DNA from: Lama guanicoe
Lineage: Eukaryota
Assembly (NCBI GenBank): GCA_013239625.1
Contig: MU054400.1
Span: forward strand, 2,640,282-2,704,281
DNA length: 64,000 nucleotides
Direction: 5' to 3'
The notes beneath the pieces are model-generated. The model searched no databases. It was not told where the DNA came from and was given only the letters and a program-made list of their open reading frames with translations. Numbering within the stretch: position 1 is the stretch's first letter; the number at the start of each line of letters is the position of its first letter. Of the stretch, positions 38,780-52,348 are shown piece by piece. Made by a program: the position numbers and the translations under genes.

Positions 38780-39670
38780 TAAAATTCCTTATTGTAAAGA
38801 GTATATGGAAACAGCTGTAGTAAAATATAAAAGTAACCCCTGCACCTTTCCCATAACCATCATGCTAATGTTAACAGTGTGGTGGATATCTTTCCGGTCG
38901 TTTAATGGGCTCAAATGTTCTATACTTTACCAATTGGCTTGCTTTTGATTTGGAGATCTTCCCATATCAGCTTATAAAAATCTGTTACATTCTTTTTTTA
39001 AACAGCAGTATAAAACGTTTTTAAATGGGTATACCGTAATATACGTAATCACTCCGCTGTTGATAGGTGTTGGGATTGTTTCCAGTTTTCCGTCTTACAA
39101 ACAAAGCGGTCAGGAGCTTCTTAGTTCAGGCTCTTCAGGCACATGTGTATTTTCTCTAGGATAGGTTGGTAGCAGTGAAATTGTTAAAAGTGTAGGCACA
39201 TTTAAAACTGTGAGAACTCTTGCCACATGGCTTCCCCTCTACATACAAGAGACTTTAAAATGTATACTTCTTCCACATTGAATGAGAATGCTTGTTTCTT
39301 TATAGCATCTTCAGTACTGGAAATCATCAATGTTACGTTTTTTTTTTTGTCCAACTTATGGGTTAAAAAATTGATATCTGGTTGTACATTTCTTTTATTA
39401 TTAATAAAGTTAGCTATCTTTTTACTGACATTTTACCATCTGTTTATTGACATTTACAATTCTTCTGCAAATTGACTGTTCATAGCCTTTGTTCATTTAA
39501 CTGTTAAAGACTTTCAGGAAAGGTATTTAAATGTGTCAGATAATAATCTTTCATTTAGTATGTTCTATATACTTTCTTCCAATGTGTTGCATGTCTTCCA
39601 ATTTTATTTGTGATATCCTTTGGTATACAGAATTTTAAATTTTCAAGTAGTCAGATCTGTGAGTCTAGTA
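38780..39670 (-). mobile_element. Ancient L1ME-like 3' region
   Basis: 'ggagatcttcccatatcag...gattgtttccagtttt...ctgttcatagcctttgttcattt'. Confidence 0.6.
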
Positions 39671-40738
39671 TAGGATATTTTAATTAGCATCTTAAACTCA
39701 ACATATTTAAAACTGCATTTCCCACTGTTCTCCAAGTTACCTTTTCCTCTTGACCCATCCATCCATTCATTTATTCAACAAATGTTGCAATGCCTAGGGG
39801 ACAGTTGGGTTCTGTTTTTGTTTTTATCACAAGGGTAGCTGGCAAACATGACCCATGATTTTGTAATTTTTTTGAAAGCAAGGGAGAAGTTGAAAGTCAT
39901 CCTTTTAAATGCAATTATTATGCACTCCACTTAGAAGCAGAAAACAATAGATTGTTAAGAGTGTGACTTTGTAAGTTCCTGCACTGAAACATCATTACAG
40001 ATTACTAAGTGTGTTGCCTCAGGATAGGTTTCTCAACCCTGATGTTGTCAAAATTTATTTGGTTCTCTCTGGCTCTCTAATTTCCAAACCAGACCTCTTT
40101 TCAGCCCACAGAGACCCCATTTTTTATTGTGAGTGCGAGAGTAGGATACATGTGGAGTGAATGGTGCAACCTCCCGCACAGACCCCGGGCAGGTGGTGGA
40201 GATGGCTCCTGAACCCTCCCCATCCTGGGCTGGGAGTTGGGAAGTAAACTTAGGGGAAAGTATCAGTTTGAAAAATGAGGTTTCTTTCCTTTCTTCTTTG
40301 GATCCCTTTCCATGCTTCCTCCTCCTCCTGTCCCTCCCACTGGTCCTGTCAAGGAAAGGAGCACGTTGCTTTATGTTCATTCTTTGCCCTCCCCTAGCAT
40401 CCATGGCTGTCCTTTGGGAAACTCACAGCAACTTCCCATTGCAGAGCACTTGACAACATGGAACCTGGATTGACTCAAACCCGTGAATTTCCCTTCCTGA
40501 AACCTTAGGATGCCATGGGGTCCCCCAGCTGATTTCATAAATTTGGTGTCACATTGTAAATCAAGCAGCTGCAGAGTGGCCAGAACATCTGCTTGGTTCT
40601 GCTATTCTCTTTACACTAGAAGGAAACTAGCTCTAAAGAGGTCAGTAAAATGTGAGCATTGCCAGTAAGTGCCTGTATTATTCTCCTCAGGCATGGACCA
40701 GTAATATCAGGATCTTCTGCTTCCTAAAAACAACATCT

Positions 40739-40741
<3 letters not shown>

Positions 40742-40770
<29 letters not shown>
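40742..40770. repeat. (AC)n microsatellite
   Basis: Perfect dinucleotide run. Confidence 0.95.
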
Positions 40771-40772
<2 letters not shown>

Positions 40773-40984
40773 CATGAAACTCTGCCTAAAGGATTAGGAA
40801 GTGGGAAAATAATAAAAAAAATGAATAAGTAGTATCCTGGAGTTTATTTGGATCTCAGTGCATCTTTAGTAATTTAAAGATGTTGGGAGCAGTGGTGGAA
40901 AATAGAAAAATATAACCACTAGATTGGGCATGGGAGGCCATTTTTTAAACAAGATTTTACCTATTTCCCTTTTTTATAGATTAG

Positions 40985-41300
40985 TGTATTAGGCTAGGTT
41001 ATGCTGTGGTAACAAACACACCCTCCCCCCAGTTTCAGCAAACTTAACATCACAAAGGTTTATTTATGGCTCGTGCAATCTTGGTTGGGTTTAGGTGACT
41101 CTCCTGAGCAATTGACCCCCATGCTTGGGAGAGAGGAACAGAGTGGCAGAGTTGCACACAGCTCTTAAGGGTTAGCTCTGTAAGTGATGTATGCTACTTC
41201 TGCTCGCTGCCAGAACTAGCCCCTGGCCACAATCCCTGAAGGGAGGTTTGAAAATGTGGAAGGGCACATGGATACCTGGCAAGTAGTGAATGTCTGTGAC
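40985..41300 (-). mobile_element. MLT1J-like LTR
   Basis: 'ggctaggttatgctgtggtaacaaac...caaaggtttattt...gccagaactag'. Confidence 0.6.
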
Positions 41301-43091
41301 ACCCCAAGCTGTATTTGAGGCAGACACAGTAAAGATACACAATGCTTCCTTGCTATTACTTAATTCTTAACTTTGGACTTAGCAACTATCCCTTCTTTCA
41401 TATTCCTTCTTTTTTTACTTCACTAAAATAACCGTAACCATATGCTAAAATCTAATCTTAAATGAAAGGTAGAAAGTCAATATGACTTAAAGGGTATGTA
41501 TGTAGAAGAATATAGACCATATTTAGCTCTGTATAAATGAAGTTATTCTAATTCAAAGTATACAGTTCTTAACTAAAAGTTCTCAACAAGCTGACTACCA
41601 GCCCCTAAACAGTTTGTATTGTAGACTGCTTGGTCAGCAGTTCAAACCCATCCTCACTGTGCCCTGGAAATCACTTGGAACACTAATAAAATATACAGAT
41701 TCCTGGGTCCCATGTTAAATTCATTCACTTAAACCAGAAGTTCACTGAGTAGGGCTCATTTTGAAAGAACTCCACGAATGATTCCAATAAATACTGAAAT
41801 TTGAGTAAGGCTAACATGTATTAATTTTCTCAGGAGTATTTGCATATTTTAAAAGGAAAGCTGAAAGAAGAAAATATTTCATATTAAGAAATGATTTACT
41901 AAAAGTTGAAATTCAAACACTAGAAGGGGAGTGGTCTTTGAATGAAGGCCTTTCTAGATTGGGTCATACTAATAAGCATGTTTGCTTATTCAGCTATGTG
42001 AAGTTAGCATGTACTTTTTTGGGTATTGTTTTGTTGTTTTTTTGAAATCTCTTTTGAGATATTTCTGTGTATTCTTGTGCTGCACCTATTGGGTCTCTCA
42101 TGGGGGATAGGTTCCTATTACCAGCTTTTCATTTTTGGTTGTGAGCTCATCTTCAGTGGGGCTATTTTCTTTCCTATAGGAGTCTCTGGAATGTGGAAGC
42201 ATCCCTACAGAGTGATTTTTGTTTGGCTCTACCAGGTCTCCAGTGGATTTTATTTGCTTAGGACCATTTCTCTGCAGTTGGCATCATGACGCCATGAAGG
42301 TGTCCATGTAGGAAAGGGCATACTTGGGATCCCTAACTCACATGTGTAGTTTTTAGTTCTGTCCAACCAAAGCCATGGGCAGAGATAACACTTTCTTGGC
42401 ACTTAGTGGGCCCAATTATGTTGTTTTTTCTTGACTCTTCTTCTTAAAGCAAATAGCCCTTCCAGGGCCCAAGGCCATGTATCTTAGCCCCTCAGATTTC
42501 CTAGATCTTCCCTGATATCCCAGTCCCCCTCTTTGGGGAACCATGGCATCAACTGTAGGATCTAGCTCTGTAGTTTTTGCTTTTCCTTTTATTTCCTGGT
42601 TCCTGATTTGAATTCAGAATAGATTTTTTTAAATGGTTATATTATATCCACTGTGTGTGTGGAGCCAAACCAAGGAAAGGAAATGTAGTCTACAGAGCTT
42701 CAGTCTGCCATTTCCCTGCAGTTTTAAAAGGCTTTTTAGGAAGCAAGTTCCTTTGTAGTTAGTTGTGTTCTTTTGTTTTGTGCCATCAGTGCTGTTTTGT
42801 TTGGTGATTTTCCTTTGCTCTTGAACAATATTTGATGTTAAAAAGGTCCAATTTTAGACAGAAAACAGACCGTTAATCACACTCTCCCATGGAGCTTAGT
42901 TCATTTTCTTCACATAGTTGTCATCACACTATATTGTGGTCAGTTCCAGATAGCTTTGCCTTCCATACTATAGGCTTCTGGGGCCAAAGATCAGATCTTA
43001 CTCATCTTTTTATCTCCAGTGCTGGCACAGTGCCTAGCACATAGGGCTGGACAGGAGATGTTTGTGTAGTTGGTTATAAGGCAGGAGGCCT

Positions 43092-43178
43092 TGATGATGA
43101 TGGTGGTGATGATGATGATGATGGTGGTGGTGATGATGATGACTGTGATGATGATGGTGGTGGTGGTGGTGATGATGT
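43092..43178. repeat. Compound (GAT)n/(GGT)n microsatellite
   Basis: Directly visible. Confidence 0.9.
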
Positions 43179-43859
43179 GAGCTACTACACAAGAAGAGCC
43201 TCATACTGAATTCTGGTTCTGGTGTAAACAGCTAGAACATCCTTCTTGCTTTATTGGATTTTTAAGCGCTATTAATGGCTATTAGCTAGTCTGTGTAGAT
43301 TAACATCTGCTCCCTGCCTGGATGTGCACACAGTCATTAGTTTCAGAGAACAGCCTACCTGAGGGATTGGAAATACAGACAAATTCATGGAGGGGCCTGT
43401 CTCCTTGTTCTCAGTGATGGTATTGGTCCCTGAGTATGTGCTCAGAGGCCTTCTCGTACATGTTCTCCTTGCCCACCTGCCTGTCTTTCCTCCTTTCTTC
43501 CTCTTTTCCTTCTTACTTCCCTCCATTCTTCTCTCTCCTTTTTACCACTTGAGGTGAATGTGCTTAACTGAGATAAACCATAGTATATATATTTTTAAAT
43601 TAGAACTTTTTAATCCTGATTTTTTATTGAAGTATAGTCGATTTACAATGTTAATTTCAGATGTACAGCAAGGCAATTCAGTTATACATATACATACACA
43701 CACACACACATATATATATATTCAGATTCTTTTCCACTAAACAATAATATTTTATCAATAAATATTTGATGGATGGATTCTTTTAATTATTTTTAAAATG
43801 GAAAAATATTGTCTACCTCACTTTTTCATGCAGAGGAAGCCTCTAATGTGTAAACTAAT

Positions 43860-44110
43860 GATAACTGTTAACATTTATTTACTAAGAGCATTATTATTCA
43901 TTGGATACTTGTTGCTATGCATTTTACACCTATAGACTCATTTTGTCTCAGAAATTACTTGTGAGATGCAGGGTGTGAAACGTATGTTGAATTTAACTCA
44001 CCTGAGGCAGGCAGTAATTCATCCCAGATCACGCAGCCCGTAAATGGTACAGCTGAGCTGGGGGTCCAGGCTGTCTGACTGGAAAGCCTGTTCTAGTTGT
44101 TGTACCACAC
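43860..44110 (-). mobile_element. MIR
   Basis: 'cccagatcacgcagcccgtaaatggtacagctgagctg...ccaggctgtctgact'. Confidence 0.55.
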
Positions 44111-46206
44111 TGCAAACAGCACTCATCTGCTGAACAACCACTCCACGCTGGAGTGTCCACCAGGCCCAGCCACATAGTTGGGTTCTTTATTTTTGTTCAA
44201 GAGCAATATAGAGGGATAGCATGTGCTGGGCCCTCATCCCCTTCCAGGTTGGCAGATTCAGGAAGGAGATGGGGAACCGCAGTAGTTAGGTTCTCTATGG
44301 CAATTCTGAGTCTGAAAGCTTAGGTCGGTATCAGGGTTTTTGGTCTAAACATCTTGGACCTGTCTCCTGGTTTCTTGATGATAGGGTTATATTTTAAGAA
44401 TATAATGATAGTTATATTAAAAATGTTAATATTAGAAAGATAAGGTAATAGTCTCAAAAAGAGAATACTCAAGTGAAGATTTTTCAATGATCCAAAATCA
44501 ATTTTGAGATGCAGGCAAGTCTATTGTACAGTACAGAGAGAGACTGAGAGAGAGAGAGAAGAAAATGCTCACCTTAGTGCGTGCTCTAGAGAAGCTGGCA
44601 GCCTCTGTGTGAGACGGCTGGCACCAGAAAGGGGAAGCTTGGCTAAGGCAGCACTCTCAGTGAGAGATGATGCTCACCCATTCTGCCTGCTCTGGGGACG
44701 GGGATCTAGACTATAATTATGTGTGCGTTTGTGTGTAGGGTCCATTAAACTTGCTGTCTATTCACTGCAGGATCTGGTTAACTCTGTGTTACTAAAGAAG
44801 ATTAGCTAGAGGATGGAGGACATGGGCGACTCCAGGAAATTTCTTCATAAAAATGCTAACATGCAATCTTTGTCCCTTCTTTTGGCTTATCTCCTTTCTG
44901 TTGACTGAAAGTTAAATAATGATTGGAAACCCAGTAGCCACCTTGGACCATGAGGTGGACCATGACAGAGCAAAGAGAGTGAGCCTGAATCCTTGACCTC
45001 ATAGAAAGCAATATTGGTCCTGGACTACTTTCATTTAGACAAGAACAAACGTACTTTTTAGCTAATTTAAACTATTGCTAATATGGGTTTTATATCACCT
45101 AAACCTAGTGGTAGTTGATCCATCCTGTACCAAGTGACTCTCAGTGGACTTTACACAGTGTCAGTTGGAGAGAAGCAAAGCCCACTTAATGATTCAATCA
45201 TTTAGTGACTAGCAGACCAGACCAGAGAAGTCCTGTCTGGACAGTGGCGGGAGCACTCGCTCTGCTTGGACACTTTCCCTCACCTCCTTTCCTTCTCTGG
45301 CTCCTTCCCATTATGACAGATGCAGGGGAGAAGACTGCACTTTTCTAAGGTGCTTACACTTCTCACCATCTGCCTTTGCCAGAATCTTTGCAGAGAGTGG
45401 TAGGTTCCTGATTATTCCCTCCCCTGTTGTGTAAGTTAAGAATTAACTTAACTTTGGTGGGGCCCATCCCTTGCATTGCAGTAGATTGCTAGAAGGGTCT
45501 AGGTGATGCTGCAAGCCTGATTCCATTTTTTTTTCCTCTGGAGGGAGAGTAGGGGAAGTTACTGAGGATGGTAGGGGCAAGGTAGATGCTCTGGGACAAA
45601 GTCCACTTTACTTTTTGAAAACAAACAGGTCTCTCCTCTACACCAGCCAGCTCTGCTAAGGATATCTAGAACAGAAACGAAGGGGACTTCTAAGAGTGGA
45701 TGGAATTAAAGTCCATGAACATGTCAGGAACAGGAAAACTGCAAAATGCAATGAGATGGCAATTACACTGAAGAATTTGCAATTACCCGAGCTGATAGGG
45801 AGGGATCTTATTGCTCCCTCCCTGGGCCAGGATGTAGCCACTTCCTCCCCATGAGTGTGATGGTATCTCTTGTGACTAGGCTCTGAAACAAGTCCTGCTT
45901 AGATGCTGACACTGCACTTGCAAAAATGTTACTAATTTTTGAATAGAGGGTAGACCCTGTAAGACTTTCCTAACTTGGGCAACTTTTTACTGCTCTGGCC
46001 TGGTGATATTTGGTGTATGAGGATTTTATTGAAAGGTTGTGCTTGGGAAGAAATGGTTGGCATGTATGAGCTTCAGTATGTCTTTTAGGGAAGCATGAAC
46101 AAACAGGGAATAAAAGTAATTCCTATTTTTATAATTTGGGTTATATGGGACACACCACATATAACTATACCCACGGTAGCAGAACTGACTATATGCTGGA
46201 TGCTTT

Positions 46207-46721
46207 TGTTGGGGCTCAGGGCAGGCTATCCCCAAATACGCCAAAGTGGCATGTTGATTATTTTGAATTAATTAATTAAAAAAAATAAAAAAAATAAAAT
46301 TACTTCTGAAACAGCCAGTGGAAAAAATTTTTAAAAAGTTCTAGCTCCTTCCTCTTTCCCCCCAAAAGCAGAAAGCAAATTTCCCATGTGAAGGTACCCA
46401 CCCTATATCTGGAAAATAGAAAGTGTCCTTATCACCAGAGTTAGAGTTACAGGCTAAGAAAGCTATATAGACAAACTCAGTTACTTCTTCATTGGTTTTC
46501 TATCCCAAGCACAATTTCTTTTGTTTTGCTAAATATTCACAAATAATTACTTCTTTTGTCTAGAAATGAAAAACAGCCTGTTTTGGTCACTTGGTGGGGG
46601 GGTTCCCGGTTTGTGTGTGTGATGTAATTCTTTTTCTTATGTTAATTTCTCTGTGTCAGTATAATTATTAGATCAGCCAAAAGAATCCAGAAAGGTAGGG
46701 GGAAACTACCCCCTCTCTGAC
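46207..46721 (+). mobile_element. MER34-like ERV1 solo LTR
   Basis: Starts 'tgttggggctcagg...ccccaaatacgccaaagtggcatgttgattattttga', ends 'ggtagggggaaactaccccctctctgaca'; MIR follows at about 46725-46930. Confidence 0.75.
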
Positions 46722-46957
46722 ACTGTCTAAGCACTTCTCATGTGTTAACTCACGTAATCCAACAATCCTACAAGGCACCTGCTTTCATTATCTTCATTCC
46801 AGTTTTCAAATAAGGAAACTGATGCCCAGAGAGATTAATTTGTCCAAGGTCACAGTTAATATAGGAAGAGCTGGGATTTGAACTAGGGAGTGTATCTCCA
46901 GAGTCCAAGCTGTTAACTGTTACACAGACCATCTCTTGATATTGAATACACACCCAC

Positions 46958-46958
46958 A

Positions 46959-46990
<32 letters not shown>
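46958..46990. repeat. (CA)n microsatellite
   Basis: Directly visible. Confidence 0.95.
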
Positions 46991-46992
<2 letters not shown>

Positions 46993-47183
46993 TGATGTTG
47001 AAGAAACCTACAAATCCCAAGTTATCTATTCTCAGAGTCTCAACAGATTATTCTTTTTAATAGTTATGGCAGCAACTTGTACATAATTTTAAATAGTTAC
47101 AGAAATTAAGAATAATCCTTATTCTCCAAAATTACCATTGACAACCCTCTGGGTGGCCATGGAAATGGAAATAAATGAGCTTT

Positions 47184-47224
47184 CCTTTTTTTTTTTTTAA
47201 ACTTTTTTTTATTGAGTTATTGTC
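47184..47224 (-). mobile_element. Ultra-short camelid-type L1 3' tail insertion
   Basis: 13-bp TSD ATAAATGAGCTTT at 47171-47183 and 47225-47237; 'aaacttttttttattgagttat' resembles the L1 terminus at about 37565. Confidence 0.75.
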
Positions 47225-47332
47225 ATAAATGAGCTTTTCTAAGCCTTGTTTTTCTTATTGTGAAATCAGAATAACAATTCCACCTTTACAGGGTTGTTAA
47301 GGGCATCAAGTAAGAGAAATATATAAAATGTC

Positions 47333-47800
47333 TGTATTAGGTGGGACTCCTTCAGTCGTCAGCAACTGAAACCCCGTGGTTTAAGCAAGAAAGTGGGAAT
47401 ACATTGCTTTTGTAACTGAAAAGTCACAGGGTAATCCTTAGGCTGAATTCATAGCCTAATGGAGTGATCTGTTTTGTGGGTTTTGTTGTTGTTTCCCTCC
47501 CTTTCAGTCCCCTTTTGCTCTCTTCTTTACAGTGCTTCCTTCTCAGGTTTCCTGTGAGGGCAAGATGGCTCCAACTCCAGGGCTTTTCAAACTCAAACCC
47601 AACTGGAAAGCAAGAGCCCTGGGATTAGCAGGAATTAGTTCTGGTTAGCTCTGACTGACTTGGGCTGAGTCACACGCCCCTCCTCCAGCCAGTCGCCGTG
47701 GCTGGGGAAACTGCTTGCTCTTGTTGGCCAGGCATAAGTCATGCGCTGGCGTCAGGGGCGGAGTCACTATTGCCTGACCATGGGTGTTAAGGGGCCAGGG
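47333..47800 (-). mobile_element. MLT1K/L-like LTR
   Basis: 'tgtattag...ggtttaagcaaga...ttgtaactgaaaagtc...ggcaagatggc...gacttgggctgagtcacacgccc'. Confidence 0.6.
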
Positions 47801-48699
47801 AGGAATGTCTCCCTTCTGGGGACAACTGTATGTGGACACAGAGCACCAGAAACTTCTCTCCACTTCAGTGTTTGGCCAACGTGAGGAACTCAACGAATGC
47901 TAGGTTCAGGCCTGTTCTTGTACTGGGACACACACGATGCCATTCTGAAACATCTTTTTCAGGATGTTGTAAATTGGAATGGCATATGAAAACTTTTTTA
48001 AAACAGGGTAATAGATGTCATCATTAGAATTGCATGAAAGTACATCCTTACCTTGCTTTTTATTCAGCATTTCCTTACATTCTCTCTCCTCATATATCCC
48101 CAGTGATCCTAAAAGCCTTCCACATCCTTTCTTCTGATATGGAGACCAGACATCAAGTGGTGGATAATGTGTCTACCGTATCTTATTAGGCAGTCTGCCA
48201 GCAAACCATCACTGAAGCTTCACTGTTAGAGAGCAGGATCCAGTGCAGAACTTGGAGGGAAGTTATTGCAAAGAAAAATGAGACCAGAAAGCCAAACTTT
48301 CTCCTTTATCTTTACTGTAGTTAGTCAAATTAACTGTTCAGTGTTATTCATTTATTTGTTCAACAAATACTTATTAAACACTTACACTGTGTTCGGTTCT
48401 GTGTAGCTACTAGAACCGGGATTTGGGAGCTTCTCTCTCTCTTTTTTCAATTTGTTTTGCTTATTTATTCCATCCTTACTCCTTCCCATCATAGGAAAAG
48501 CTGGTGTCTGAGCTGAGTGTCCAGAGGTGTTTCCATCTGTCTGTCTGTGCTTTTCAAACTGTGCTCTTGACGTCCCACATTTCTAAGGGAAGGCTGCAGG
48601 GTCTTCCACGGAGCTGGGAAGAAGAGGATCAGCAGGCGGGCCACCCTTCATTTATATCTTGGAGTTCTTATAAGAATATTTTAAAAGAAAGGAACTCAC

Positions 48700-48945
48700 A
48701 CACATAGATGTTGAGTCAGACAGGTCTAAGTTTAAGCGCTGCACTATGATGGTATGCGACCTTGGGCAAGTTGGCTAATCTCTATGAATCTATTTTCTCA
48801 CTACTAAAATGAAGATGGTAATAAGCACTTTGGAGAACTATTTCATAGAACTTTATACAGTGTGGCGAGGATCCAGTGAGATGAGATATGTGGAAAGTAT
48901 TTGGTACAGCGCCTGGCATGTAGTGGGAACTTAGCAAAAGTTTAT
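48700..48945 (+). mobile_element. MIR
   Basis: 'gagtcagacagg...gaccttgggcaagtt...gcctggcatgtagtggg'. Confidence 0.75.
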
Positions 48946-50149
48946 TTTCATCCTCTTCTTCCTTCCTCCCTCTTCCTTGTTTCCTTCCTGCCTTCCTCTT
49001 TCTCTCTCTCTAAACCCCCTTTGGAGGCAGCTGGTGCTGGCTCGGATGTGTACAGAATTTGATCCAAGATGTGGAAGTTATTGCCCTTCTACATGATTGT
49101 CACCCGCCTGCCCTTGAGCCCCAAGCAGGAGTGATTGCCCATGAGAAGATGCCAGTGGGAGTGGTGGTGTTCCTTGACAGCAGTGCTGTCAGCAGATGAA
49201 ACTGGATGACCTTGGCTGCCACCTGAGGAGCTGAAGTCCTGGGAACACGAGAATACAGGCTCCAGCAAGGAACCTGAGGGTGGGCAGCAGAAGCAGCGCC
49301 CCTCTTTCTAGTTCTCTGCAGAGCAAATGCGAATACCAGCCTAAATGTGGAGATGGGAACTGTATCTAGTGTAGTCAGATGGTTTTAGTGACAAGTTCAA
49401 GGCACACAACTCCAGTTGGTTTAAGCATAGTGAGGGAATTATTGGCTAAGCACCCCCAAATGTGATTGGCTTCAGAATCTGTCTCTCTCCATCTCAACTC
49501 TACTTTCTTAGGCAGGTCTTCCTATTGTGGCAAGGTAGTTACTTACAGGATTGTTTCCATCAGCTTTATAATCACAGCAAAAGATTTTTTTTTTTTTTGC
49601 TACTTTGCTACTGGATCCAGCAAGAATTCTAAGACTGCGTTTGTCAGTCTGGTTGAGTCATCTGCCTGTCCCTGAACCCATGGTCTGTAGCTGAAAAGCG
49701 ACATTCACCATGTCAGTAAGTTTTTAAGTCACAGTTGAGGCAGAAACCTGTTCCCCTTCAGTGTACAAGTTATGTAATTTGATTGAACCTGTAGTGTAGT
49801 AGACTGATTAACATATTTTCACAGGAATGGTACCACTTTTTGTAGGTCCCTAAGAAACAACGTGTCACTGTAATACTGGAAATAAATACTTGATAATACT
49901 TGAAATAGGGTGCCTTTCTACTGAGGAATTGAAACAACTTCACAGGCATTATCTCATGAATTTACATGTGATGGTAATGAGGTAGGTGACAAATATGACC
50001 AACTCCACTTTATAGACTGAAATTGGGACACGATGAATGTGACTTGGCCCAAAGCTTTATTGCAACTCACTAACAGACTAGGTATAGGGAAAGAGGTCTT
50101 GCAGACTTTGGCCAGTGTTCAGCTAATTTGAAGTGTGGCTTCCCTGTCT

Positions 50150-50305
50150 CCTATATGGGAATCACCTGTGGTTTATTAACATGCAGATTCCTGGGCCCTG
50201 CCTTTGATGTACTGAATCAGAATTCTGGTGAGTGGATCAAAGAGTATCCTATGTTGGTGAGCTCCTCGGGTGGATCTTGGCACATTAAAGTCTGAGAACT
50301 ACTTC
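50150..50305. mobile_element. MER5A-like DNA transposon
   Basis: 'aatcacctg...atgcagattcctgggccc...actgaatcagaa...aaagtctgagaactact'; similar copy at about 41630-41810. Confidence 0.7.
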
Positions 50306-51739
50306 TTAGGTGTAATTTTTCACCTCATCTATACCTTCACTGTTTTATTTCATGGGTAAATCAGTTGAAAAATTTAGGAACTCAACCCTGATTTTCCTGG
50401 TTCAAGTAGGAAAAAAAACTAAAAGAAAAAAAATCTGGTTCATTTTCTTTTTTAAAAGAAGACATTTAAATGCTTCTCATTATTTTCAAAGAGCTGTTTA
50501 AAGAAAATTAAGCTGTCTATGAGTCACCAGTGGGTATATCCTATCACCCTTCTGATCTCCCTTCATTGGTGTTTGTGTGACATGTGTTGCCTTTTTAGCT
50601 CTCCACGCTCACCTAGGACACCTCTTCTTCCACCTCCCAGAGGTTATCTGGGTCCTTTAACAAAGCAAATGCACAGATGTTTGTAAGCCAAGGACATTTT
50701 TGCTAGGGTAGCACTGGCAGAAATTGCACAGCGGCTCCTAAGCTGTCTCTATGACCACAGGAATGTCTGACGGTGAATTCACCTTGGCAAAATCATTTAA
50801 TCCACTGGCCAAACTCTGCTGGCAGGGATGCAAACATTGATTGGGCTTATAGCTTTAATATCCTTATCTTTTGTCATTGTTTTCTTTTTTAAAAGTTTGA
50901 CAAAAGGTTTCTCTACTGTAGAAGTTCTTAAAAGCAAGAAAAGCTTACTTTTCTAGAAAAAGAGTTTGGGCTATGTTTGAACATATATCTTCTAGAATGT
51001 TACAGTACACATTGTTGGGAATGTTACAGTATCTAGAATCTAGATTAGACTCTGGAATACCAGTGTTTGTAGGAGGCCTTTGTAAGCACAAAGACCTCAA
51101 GATCTGAAAGGGAGGAGCCTTTACACGGTCACAAGGCAAGTGAGGGAAATAAGATGCATGAGGATGAGAACCTGTCACAGCTATGGGCAAAACCTCACTT
51201 AGAAGAAAATGATTCACAAACCCTTACTATGTAAAATTTCAAAATTACAATTGTGGGTTCAGTCCCTGGAATCCCATTTTATACCACACCCTGCCCAAGA
51301 TTCCAAAATAGATGATAAAAATAAATGAAGATAAAACTCTTATAGATACTTCCACAGACATTTCAATATGTAAACTCTGACTAAACAGTGTGAAAGTGTG
51401 AAAAACTGGACACAACACAAATGCCCATTTGTGTGGAAATGTTTAGATTATAGAATATTCATACCTTGAAACGTTACGTACCTGGTAATCAAATCAGGTA
51501 TCAATATGTATGGACATAGATGATATCTAGCATGTATTTTTTAAGCAAACTGCAAAAGAACATAATCTGATTCTATTTTGTAGTATATAATAATAACCAC
51601 ACATATTACTGTGTGCATATAAAGAAAACCTGGAGCGGTAAACACCTGATGCTTAAGGGGGGTTTGGGACTACAGGATATATTTGCTTTGTACATTATGA
51701 ATTTCTGTCATACTTGAGTTTCTTATAAAGAACACAATT

Positions 51740-51838
51740 CTTTTTCTTTTTTTTTTTTAAAGGGGGTACTAGAGATTCAACCTAGGACCTCATGCATTGC
51801 TACGCATGTGCTCTACCACTGAGCTATACCCTCCCCCA
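51740..51838 (-). mobile_element. Vic-1-type tRNA-Ala-derived camelid SINE
   Basis: Reverse complement GGGGAGGGTATAGCTCAGTGGTAGAGC...GAGGTCCTAGGTTGAATC followed by an A-rich tail. Confidence 0.85.
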
Positions 51839-51991
51839 CTACCCTTTGCAATTACTTTCTTTATCATAGCAAATTTTAAATGTTAAAGAAATGAAACACT
51901 AAAAGAATTCCTTTGAGGGGATTTTTCTGCATGGGGCTAGACTAGTTGAGGTTTTTATACCGCTGGTCTAATGAAGTTTGGAAAAAGATAC

Positions 51992-52333
51992 TGTGTGAGT
52001 TTGGTTCTCAGGGAAGCGGGTGCCAGGACAGAGTTGGGAGTGCAAACTATCCGTGGGTGTAACACATATGAAGGGAAAAGTGGGGAAGTAGGGTTGGGTG
52101 GAAGAAGCCGTTGGACCCCAATGAAAACACTGCAAAGTCTCAGTCAGTCCCCTGGGAGGAACTGGGTGCTGTTAAACAAGTTCCACAAAGGGTCCTTGTA
52201 CTGAGCCTTCATACCACTGCCCGAAACAGTCATTGTGTGGGGGCTGCCTCAGAGGAGGCTGACCTGAGCAGGAAAGCTGAGGCCGAACTCTGCAGGAGTT
52301 AACACCTGGAGGCCCAGGCTCCTGGAAGTCTAG
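51992..52333 (-). mobile_element. LTR33/LTR41-like ERVL LTR
   Basis: 'ggttctcagggaagcgg...gagtgcaa...cagtcattgtgtgggggctgcc'. Confidence 0.5.
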
Positions 52334-52348
52334 GGGCCAGTCCTTTCT

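Noticed and set aside
51760..51838. tRNA-Ala-like sequence here and at about 53030-53105
   Set aside because: These are SINE heads with A-rich tails and degenerate stems, not tRNA genes.
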